IMG/VR virus record: IMGVR_UViG_3300050821_001527
Coordinates: 64,001-128,000 of that record
Length of the DNA: 64,000 nucleotides
Strand: one strand, 5' to 3'
From: a virus
Taxonomy: Duplodnaviria > Caudoviricetes
The position numbers were made by a program, and so were the translations under genes. Positions 49,519 through 56,272 of the stretch are shown here, piece by piece; the first letter of the stretch is position 1; the number at the start of each line of letters is the position of its first letter. The notes under the pieces were generated by a model. That model did not search any database. It had not been told where the DNA came from and was given only the letters and a program-made list of their open reading frames with translations.

Positions 49519-50426
49519 TGAAAGCGTTGTGCTTGCAGGGTGGCGGTATCCTCGGATACGGCCAGTCTGTGATGTTGAGCGAGCTAGAGTCGGGGCTTAA
49601 CAGCCCTAGCTCTGGCTTGTTTGACATTATAGGGGGCACATCTGTTGGTTCTATCGTCGGAGCGCACCTAGCTCTTGGCATCCCCGCCTCTACCTGCAAG
49701 CAGTTCTTTACTACTCACTCTCCGCTTATCTTCAAGAAAAACTGGCTTTCGCTTATCTCGGTGTTATGGGGAGCTAAATACAATTCCTCAATTATCGAAG
49801 CAAAGCTTCAAGAATGTTTGGGTGATGCAACCCTTGCAGATTGCAAGACCAGATTTATCGCCACGTCCTACGATTGGGCAACCGACAGGCCGGTCTATTT
49901 CAAGTCGTTCGAGAAGTCTTCTGAAACGAAAGATTGGGTGGTCTTGGGCTACGATAGCCCGATAAAGCTTTGGCAGGTTTGCCGAGCGTCGTCAGCCGCC
50001 CAAACCTATTTCCCGGCCTACAAGTATCAAGATATGATTTTGATGGACGGCGGGAACATCGGGGATAACGCCTGTGACATGCTCGTTATCTCAGAGTGCG
50101 CTCAAATCGCGCCATTGACCGAATGGCAGGTTTTGTCGCTTGGGGCGGGTGATACCGTCTGGAAGGAGCGTCCGAGCCTCATGGTCAATCCTAGTGCGGC
50201 TGTAGCGGGTTTGGCAACCATCAAAATTATCTTTTCAGCCGGGGAGTCCTCGGACGTTTACAAAGCTTACCAAATACTTGGGGATAAAAATTACTTGAGG
50301 GTGTCGCCTGACTTGGGGAATGGCTATGCTATTGACGACGCTTCCGTGAAAACCTTGAACGCTCTCGGTGCCGCTGCTGACAAAGCAGGAATCTTGAAAC
50401 TGTTCAAAGACTCGTTCGGGGCTTAA
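49518..50426 (+). CDS. Patatin-like phospholipase
   Basis: QGGG oxyanion loop, GTSVG nucleophile, DGG catalytic Asp. Confidence 0.92.
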   Translation: MKALCLQGGGILGYGQSVMLSELESGLNSPSSGLFDIIGGTSVGSIVGAHLALGIPASTCKQFFTTHSPLIFKKNWLSLISVLWGAKYNSSIIEAKLQECLGDATLADCKTRFIATSYDWATDRPVYFKSFEKSSETKDWVVLGYDSPIKLWQVCRASSAAQTYFPAYKYQDMILMDGGNIGDNACDMLVISECAQIAPLTEWQVLSLGAGDTVWKERPSLMVNPSAAVAGLATIKIIFSAGESSDVYKAYQILGDKNYLRVSPDLGNGYAIDDASVKTLNALGAAADKAGILKLFKDSFGA

Positions 50427-51004
50427 TCCAGCCTCAAAATCGAACCAATATAGCCCCCCTGCGTCTTGTTGGCTATAACCTTCACCTTGACTACCCTGTC
50501 CTTTGCCAGAACCCTGAACGTATCTTCTGCGTCAATCCCATCCCTAATACACTCGTTCCAATGAGCCTCTACGCGCTCTCGGTCATCCGGGTGAATAATG
50601 TTCTTCCATCCGTTCCCTAAAAACACCGTCGAACTTTTGCCAAAGAACTGGGCATACTTCTCATTGACCCAAGTGCAGAAACCTGTGGGGTCGCTTTCAA
50701 AAATCGGGATTTCTTGGTTTTCCATAATCCAACGCTGGCGATAGAAGATTTTTTCAGTAAGCTCGTTGTTACGGGTAATGTCTTTCTCCATTTTGGAGAT
50801 TTTATCTTTCAGGGAGGAGCCGTGGTTCGGGGTAAGTTCAGTAAATACAACCATCAGCCTTTCTCTATCCTGCTTGAGAGATACCACAGTTTTTCGCAGC
50901 CACCTAATCATAACATGGCCCGTTTTCCACAGAAAGCCTAGTCCAGCTATGGCAGCAGCGATAGTATAGTAGATATTCTCCGGTGATGTCAAGTGAAAAG
51001 TCAT
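50423..51004 (-). CDS. TM helix plus coiled coil plus PAS domain protein
   Basis: PNHGSSLKD motif; PAS pattern IFESD..G.CTWVN......G......LG.GW..IIHPDDR..V. Confidence 0.75.
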   Translation of the reverse strand: MTFHLTSPENIYYTIAAAIAGLGFLWKTGHVMIRWLRKTVVSLKQDRERLMVVFTELTPNHGSSLKDKISKMEKDITRNNELTEKIFYRQRWIMENQEIPIFESDPTGFCTWVNEKYAQFFGKSSTVFLGNGWKNIIHPDDRERVEAHWNECIRDGIDAEDTFRVLAKDRVVKVKVIANKTQGGYIGSILRLD

Positions 51005-51167
51005 ATTGTTCCTGCCAATAATTACACACATTGATTGGATAAGAGACATTTGTAGGGTAAATACGGACAAATTTTTTGAATAAAACACCCGTTCCGTGTA
51101 TCATATACTTGAAGGCGGAACTGTGTTCCCCTTCGTAAAAGTCGCCCAAGGGCGCAGAAAGGCAAAA

Positions 51168-52028
51168 ATGTATCGCTACGATACCGAAGTAGAAATACTG
51201 GTCAATGGGAAACCAGTCCGCAAATACTCCCACGAAGGCAAAACCTTCATTCAGGCCAACCGAGGCACTCCCTACGCAATCAGAGTCAAGAACAACTCCC
51301 CAAACAGGCGCATGTTCAATGTTTCTGTTGACGGGGTAAATGTCGTCAACGGTCAGCCCGCAGGTTCCTCGAACCTTGGATACGTCATTCCCGGTTATTC
51401 GTCTTACGAAGTCGTCGGTTTCCGCACGTCCAACGAGGAAGTCCACCCGTTCAAATTCAACATCAAGGAGCGCAGCTATGCCGCGAAATCCGATGAAACC
51501 CAAGGTGATACGTCGAATTGTGGCGTGATTGGGGTTGAGGTTTACGAGGAAAAAGAGAAGCCACAGCCTGTCGTTAAGCACGTTCACCACTACCACAAGG
51601 AGAAGGAATACATTCCTTACGACCCATATCCGTGGCGTTCAAGACCTTGGCGTCCTTGGAGCGAGCCTATCTGGACGTGTAATTTGGGCGACTCTGGTGC
51701 TGGGGAAATGCTCCGCAGTTCTTCCGCGACACGCGGCCTGAGTGCGGGAAACATCACCGCCAAGTGTGCGAACATGAGCTTCTCGGCGGAATCCGCTAAT
51801 CTGGCCGGTGCCGAATCATGGAGTGCCGGGACAGAATTCTCGAAAGATGCTGTGGAAGACCGTGTTACCACAACCAGTTTCGAGATTGGAAGCCTGTTGA
51901 CGACCTTTGAAATCTTCTACGACTTCAAGGAAGGCTTGCTCAAGACTGGCGTTCCTATCACGAAGGAGGCTAAAGTCGCAGCCCCTTCCGCGTTCCCGAG
52001 CCGCTTCTGCAAGCCGCCAAGGGATTAA
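51168..52028 (+). CDS. Conserved phage hypothetical protein
   Basis: EILVNGK..R.Y...YAIRVKNN...VSVDG.NV..G; followed by a terminator. Confidence 0.7.
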   Translation: MYRYDTEVEILVNGKPVRKYSHEGKTFIQANRGTPYAIRVKNNSPNRRMFNVSVDGVNVVNGQPAGSSNLGYVIPGYSSYEVVGFRTSNEEVHPFKFNIKERSYAAKSDETQGDTSNCGVIGVEVYEEKEKPQPVVKHVHHYHKEKEYIPYDPYPWRSRPWRPWSEPIWTCNLGDSGAGEMLRSSSATRGLSAGNITAKCANMSFSAESANLAGAESWSAGTEFSKDAVEDRVTTTSFEIGSLLTTFEIFYDFKEGLLKTGVPITKEAKVAAPSAFPSRFCKPPRD

Positions 52029-52046
52029 AATTCAATAAATATGCAG

Positions 52047-52076
52047 CCCGCCCTTAGAGATGGGGGCGGGTTTTTT
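52047..52076 (+). terminator. Intrinsic terminator
   Basis: CCCGCCC/GGGCGGG hairpin plus T6. Confidence 0.85.
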
Positions 52077-52091
52077 CTTTTCAGAAAGCCC

Positions 52092-52120
52092 TTGACACAA
52101 ACAGAAAACTCGCGTAATCT
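52092..52120 (+). promoter_or_regulatory. Sigma70 promoter P1 of the tRNA array
   Basis: TTGACA-N17-TAATCT. Confidence 0.75.
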
Positions 52121-52181
52121 TAGTAAAGATGAGCGAAGTTCGAGAGTCGAAAAAGATTCTTGAAAAAAGTTCAAAAAAGAT

Positions 52182-52210
52182 TTGACATTAGGTGAAAATC
52201 TGTGTAATAT
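52182..52210 (+). promoter_or_regulatory. Sigma70 promoter P2 (overlaps a GTGTAAT motif)
   Basis: TTGACA-N17-TAATAT. Confidence 0.8.
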
Positions 52211-52220
52211 AGTTTTGAAG

Positions 52221-52334
52221 ATGAAATTTAGTTCGACAATTAGTAAACAGCGTAGAGGCGAGAGCCTCGATAGGGCTTTGTGCCCCGTGCTGCAAACTAA
52301 TTATGCGTGGACGGGGGAAACTATGGGCGGCTAA
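52221..52334 (+). CDS. Putative 37-aa leader peptide MKFSSTISKQRRGESLDRALCPVLQTNYAWTGETMGG
   Basis: Lies between P2 and a terminator; its last codons can pair with the terminator 5' strand. Confidence 0.45.
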   Translation: MKFSSTISKQRRGESLDRALCPVLQTNYAWTGETMGG

Positions 52335-52362
52335 TCGAACCCTAAAAAGGTAAGAAAGGTCG

Positions 52363-52395
52363 CCCGAGAGAGAAATCTTTCGGGTTTTTTGTTTT
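52363..52395 (+). terminator. Intrinsic terminator / attenuator
   Basis: CCCGAGAG/CTTTCGGG hairpin plus TTTTTTGTTTT. Confidence 0.8.
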
Positions 52396-52432
52396 GTCGG
52401 TAAGTCGGAAAGTCAGGCAGAAAAGAAAAAGC

Positions 52433-52461
52433 TTGACAAGGTTAGAAAAGTCGGATACAAT
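52433..52461 (+). promoter_or_regulatory. Sigma70 promoter P3 of the tRNA array
   Basis: TTGACA-N17-TACAAT. Confidence 0.8.
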
Positions 52462-52681
52462 GGGTTGAGCGGTGAGTGAAGCTCCCCAAAAAGAATTTAG
52501 GCTTAGACCAGTAGATGTGCCTTAAACATCATGCTGCGTTCGGTATCGCCAGCAGGGTTGTCCCTGAACAGATATTTGAGCGACTGAAACAGGTGTTCTC
52601 CTTGTATCGTTTACCCGAGCAAGTCGAGATACTGTTAAGTGTTATGGGATTCATCAGTCTAGCAGAAAAATCCCAATATTT

Positions 52682-52755
52682 GCGGTAGTGGTGAAATAGT
52701 ATCACACGACGTTGCCAACGTTGAAGCGTCGGGGCAGAACCGACTTACCGCACCA
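52682..52755 (+). tRNA. trnG-GCC: tRNA-Gly(GCC)
   Basis: Cloverleaf, CCA; T loop GGCAGAA. Confidence 0.85.
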
Positions 52756-52833
52756 ATTACTTCTCGCAGGAGTGCGATGGGCCAATCCAAAAGGTTCGCC
52801 CGCTAAAAACTCCCCGTCCAACGACGGGCATAC

Positions 52834-52905
52834 ATCCAGTTGTTCAAGAGAACAATGCGAACTCCAAATCCGCAGAGCAGGGCGCGATACCTTGACTGGA
52901 TGCCA
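52834..52905 (+). tRNA. trnW-CCA: tRNA-Trp(CCA), miniature D arm
   Basis: Loop CTCCAAA, G73, T loop CGCGATA. Confidence 0.65.
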
Positions 52906-52906
52906 T

Positions 52907-53386
52907 TTAATGAGGGTTGTGTTTGACGACCCTTTCGCATAGAGCGATAAACTCGTCAACCGAAAGGTCTTGTTTAGCGTAGTTCACTTCGCTAGTAACC
53001 AAGCCACAGTTCGCCAGAGATGATTCGCCGCCTTTTGAAACTGCGACGATATGGTCTAGGGAATAGGTTTCCGGCTTGGAAATGTCAATTCTTTCACCAG
53101 TAAGATAGCAGCGTGGCTCACTTCCGATTTTATCCTTGAGTTGTTGAACGGTGAATTTGACGACTTTTGGGCGCACAGAACTTCTTCGATTGCCCCTGTA
53201 AAACGTCGCAATCTTAGAAACGAGAGGATTAGTTTCTCGGTAGTTTTTGGTGTTCTTTTGCATAGAAAGCTTTCTGTTCGGGCTGAAACGGTAGATAAGA
53301 GTCCATTTTGAGATTCCGGTTTCCTTGGCAACCGCGTCATAGCTCATTCCGTCAGTAAGCATTTTTTGAATTTTTTCATCGTTCAT
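52907..53386 (-). CDS. HTH-HNH endonuclease inserted antisense in the tRNA array
   Basis: CYLTG...SLDHIV..SKGG...LANCGL....N.AK; GTGTAAT-N7-ATG start. Confidence 0.88.
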   Translation of the reverse strand: MNDEKIQKMLTDGMSYDAVAKETGISKWTLIYRFSPNRKLSMQKNTKNYRETNPLVSKIATFYRGNRRSSVRPKVVKFTVQQLKDKIGSEPRCYLTGERIDISKPETYSLDHIVAVSKGGESSLANCGLVTSEVNYAKQDLSVDEFIALCERVVKHNPH

Positions 53387-53437
53387 ACAAGATATTACAC
53401 TTGCAAATTGCCAGTGGGAACTTGCAATGACGATTTT

Positions 53438-53509
53438 GGGCGTGTGTAGAAGGCTACTGGTTTGCTTTGCAAGCAAATTGTCGGGGAGCGTTACCCCGCA
53501 TGTCCACCA
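53438..53509 (+). tRNA. trnA-UGC: tRNA-Ala(UGC)
   Basis: G3.U70, loop TTTGCAA, T loop AGCGTTA. Confidence 0.85.
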
Positions 53510-53515
53510 ATTTTA

Positions 53516-53678
53516 CGGGTGTTGGCGAAAGTCAGTCAAGCTGACAGCGGAACCGTTAGAAAACCCGCCAAACGCAACCTCAAGTGTGGAGAATACTGGC
53601 TCATATAATTGCCTGAAAAGGCGATACAATGGGGGTTTTTAATGTCTCCTTGTGGGTATAACTCCCACACACCCGCCA
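53516..53678 (+). ncRNA. tRNA shell with about 90-nt structured insert in the anticodon arm (Lys-UUU-like if excised)
   Basis: GGGTGT/ACACCC-G-CCA, D arm, GACA/TGTC stem, T arm GTGGG-TATAACT-CCCAC. Confidence 0.55.
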
Positions 53679-53679
53679 A

Positions 53680-53875
53680 TTTCAGTAGCATTAGCGGTTA
53701 AGGCAATACGATTAGTTACGTGAGCCTCCGTCCACAAGGTAGTGGGTATAATCAAGAAACAAGTGACTCGGTGCCTAAAAGGAGTCATCCCAATGAGCGG
53801 GCGAAAGCTTGTCGCGTTCACCGATTACAAGGTGCATTGGTGCGATAAATGCAGGGTGCGAATCCCAAGCTGAAA
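53680..53875 (+). ncRNA. Multi-hairpin RNA with 3' T-arm mimic
   Basis: TTTCAGT/GCTGAAA closing stem, at least 5 internal hairpins, GGG-TGCGAAT-CCC. Confidence 0.5.
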
Positions 53876-53997
53876 GTATTTCTATCGGCATCAACACAAT
53901 GAACACACCGGCTTAAATGAGTTTCATAACTATGTTGAGTTAGCCGCGTGGTGCTGGTGAGTCGGCGGGTAATCAATCCCGTATGGAGAAAAGTTTC

Positions 53998-54071
53998 GGG
54001 GTTGTGGTTCAATAGCAGAACGGCGGATTCGCAATTCGCAGACGACGGCGCGATACCGTCCTACTCCACCA
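53998..54071 (+). tRNA. trnA-CGC: tRNA-Ala(CGC)
   Basis: G3.U70, loop TTCGCAA. Confidence 0.85.
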
Positions 54072-54081
54072 ATTTCAATTT

Positions 54082-54158
54082 CCGGCCTGCCGTTTGGGTG
54101 CGAGTCCCAAGTTTAAGCAAGTGAAAGCGGCTAACTAGCATAGGTCAATGGTCGGCCA
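54082..54158 (+). ncRNA. T-arm-first (permuted) tRNA-like RNA ending in CCA
   Basis: CCGGCC/GGTCGG-CCA; TTGGG-TGCGAGT-CCCAA near the 5' end. Confidence 0.45.
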
Positions 54159-54162
54159 ATTT

Positions 54163-54236
54163 GGGGTCATAGTTCAATAGTAGAACGCGAGGCTGGCAGT
54201 CTTGTAATCAGAGTGCGATTCTCTGTGGCTCCACCA
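54163..54236 (+). tRNA. trnA-GGC: tRNA-Ala(GGC)
   Basis: G3.U70, loop CTGGCAG. Confidence 0.85.
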
Positions 54237-54343
54237 ATTTCTGAAACGTTCGGGATGGTGTAACGCGCTTTGGCGGTTCATTCGCCATTGCGAACTTCCG
54301 TTGTATCGAGAGAAGCGAAACGGCGTTTCGGGCAAACTTTAAT

Positions 54344-54437
54344 GGCCGGTGTCCCCATCGGGAGTCTGTAAAACTTCTATGCTTACAAATGTGATGGGAA
54401 GTTGCACCGAAGGAGCGTTACCTTCACCGCGCCACCA
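54344..54437 (+). tRNA. Atypical tRNA-Tyr(GUA), D-armless
   Basis: Loop CTGTAAA, bulged acceptor, T loop AGCGTTA, ACCA. Confidence 0.55.
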
Positions 54438-54651
54438 ATTTCTTCTTGACCGAAAACCAGACCTGTAAACCGAATGTCCCGGTAGGTTGCACGTATTGGT
54501 GAGTAAGAGGACACAGGAAGGAAAATTTTCATCCACTGGCGCACTGGCGCTAGTGCGAGATTCGGGGTGGGTGGCAATGAAGACCGAAGCCCCGACAACG
54601 CGAAACCTGCAAAAAGTGGTTTAACTACCGAGAGAGAGGACTCGGCGTAAT

Positions 54652-54727
54652 GGTGGTATTGATGTAATAGTTAGCATCTTCCCCTGTGAAGGGAACTGTG
54701 CGGGTGCGAATCCCGTATATCACCCCA
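54652..54727 (+). tRNA. trnH-GUG: tRNA-His(GUG)
   Basis: Encoded G-1:C73, loop CTGTGAA. Confidence 0.9.
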
Positions 54728-54767
54728 ATTTCATTCACGTAGAACATGAAAGTGTGTAATAAAAGTT

Positions 54768-55214
54768 ATGAGCAGCGTTGACTCACTCGAAAACCACGAC
54801 CAGTTCCATTTGGAACAACTGCACAAGCTTTCCTGTCAAAGCGGCTCGAAGGACATTCTCGTTATTGACGATAGCACGGGCGACTTGATGGACATTCAGA
54901 AGATTATGAACCTCAAGTATGCAGACCAATTTCACGTAAGGTATTGTCTGGACGCTGAAAAGGGGATTGAGATTCTCAAGGAAAACAATTTCTTTTTGGT
55001 TTTGCTCGATTTCAAGATGCCGAAGTTGAACGGTCTTGAAGTAATCGAGACGGTAAACAAGATGAAGCAGAACGTTCCGTTCGTAGTTTTGACGGGATAC
55101 GGCGACCCATCCATGCGCGAAGCATTGACAAGATTGGGCGTAATGCTCCTGTTGGACAAGCCAATCACGGAGAAGAAGCTGGACATGCTCCTGACTTTGA
55201 CTCACGCGAAATAA
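54768..55214 (+). CDS. Stand-alone CheY-like receiver domain
   Basis: IDD, LLD.KMP..NG, LTG, DKP all intact. Confidence 0.92.
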   Translation: MSSVDSLENHDQFHLEQLHKLSCQSGSKDILVIDDSTGDLMDIQKIMNLKYADQFHVRYCLDAEKGIEILKENNFFLVLLDFKMPKLNGLEVIETVNKMKQNVPFVVLTGYGDPSMREALTRLGVMLLLDKPITEKKLDMLLTLTHAK

Positions 55215-55219
55215 TTTCT

Positions 55220-55296
55220 GGCCGCATAGCTCAAATAGATAGAGCAGCACCCCGCGAAGGTGAAGGTTGTAGGTGCGACTCCTACTGTGGCTACCA
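55220..55296 (+). tRNA. trnR-GCG: tRNA-Arg(GCG), C33
   Basis: Loop CCGCGAA; D loop AAATAGATA; T loop TGCGACT. Confidence 0.75.
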
Positions 55297-55493
55297 TTTT
55301 CCCGCATAGTCCGTTGAGCAGCCCCGTAGCAACGAGGAAACAAAAGCTTGATGGTTCAGCCAAGCCGTGCGCCAGCGCGGTATTTGCGTGGTGCGAGTCC
55401 ACGGGGAACGATTTATCCCCCTGCTGGTATAGTCCAGCGAAGTAGGTGAGGCTAACCTATGAGTGGTTCGTAACGCACAAGAGGGAATTTTAT

Positions 55494-55576
55494 GGGCATG
55501 TAACCGAAGCAGTCCTCGAAACTGATTAACCGTAATTATGTTGCAAATGTGGGTGAGATTCCCTCCATGCCTACCA
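55494..55576 (+). tRNA. tRNA-like gene, anticodon unresolved (possible pseudo-tRNA)
   Basis: GGGCATG/CATGCCT-A-CCA and T arm present; anticodon stem poorly paired. Confidence 0.45.
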
Positions 55577-55662
55577 ATTTCTCTGTTTGACAATCGAGCC
55601 TAAATAGTCTGCACAGACGGCGCGGGTTCGTAGATGTTGTGCGAAACGGAGGATTCATTTCT

Positions 55663-55755
55663 GTTCCCGTAGCTGAAAGACAGCCGGTGCCCTTATAAAG
55701 CACTTAATCGCTAGATTGGCGTAAGACTCAGGAGCGTTACCTGACGGGAATACCA
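55663..55755 (+). tRNA. tRNA with UAU anticodon and long variable arm
   Basis: Loop CTTATAA; TAATC-GCTA-GATTG variable hairpin. Confidence 0.7.
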
Positions 55756-55762
55756 AATTTTA

Positions 55763-55846
55763 CGCATCGTGACATAAGCGCGAATAGCACAGCCACACGT
55801 CTCAAAAATGTGAGTTTTAAGGGTGCGAGTCCCTTCGATGCGACCA
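55763..55846 (+). tRNA. trnL-CAA: tRNA-Leu(CAA), short V region, insertion before the D stem
   Basis: Loop CTCAAAA, A73. Confidence 0.75.
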
Positions 55847-55852
55847 ATTTAT

Positions 55853-55928
55853 GTGCCTATGATGGAATAGCATACATACCAGCCTCAGAAGTTGGGTTTT
55901 GCAGGTGCGAGTCCTGCTAGGCATACCA
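55853..55928 (+). tRNA. trnL-CAG: tRNA-Leu(CAG), class I-like short V loop
   Basis: Loop CTCAGAA. Confidence 0.8.
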
Positions 55929-55933
55929 TTTCC

Positions 55934-56017
55934 CGCTCCGTGACCTTGTAGCGAACAGCACAGCTTGCCGTCTTAGACACGGTGGTTTTGCAGGTGCGAG
56001 TCCTGTCGGAGCGACCA
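55934..56017 (+). tRNA. trnL-UAG: tRNA-Leu(UAG), short V region, insertion before the D stem
   Basis: Loop CTTAGAC. Confidence 0.75.
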
Positions 56018-56022
56018 ATTTA

Positions 56023-56110
56023 GCCAGTGTGGTGAAAGAGCAGACACACCATCTTGAGAAGGTGGCGCGAATAAAGTAGCGTGTAGGTGCGAATCCTATC
56101 ACTGGCACCA
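56023..56110 (+). tRNA. trnL-GAG: tRNA-Leu(GAG), long V arm
   Basis: Loop TTGAGAA. Confidence 0.85.
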
Positions 56111-56192
56111 ATTTCCTAATGGAAGGTCTGTTAGGACACAGTAGCAGTCGAGATTCTAACCGCCTCGCCGGGGCGTTGCTACACGGCATTAC

Positions 56193-56267
56193 GGTCTATT
56201 GTTGAATGAGTTATCATAGTTCCCTGTCACGGAGCAATAACGGGTGCGAGTCCCGTATAGACCGCCA
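56193..56267 (+). tRNA. trnD-GUC: tRNA-Asp(GUC)
   Basis: Loop CTGTCAC, G73. Confidence 0.85.
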
Positions 56268-56272
56268 TTTTA

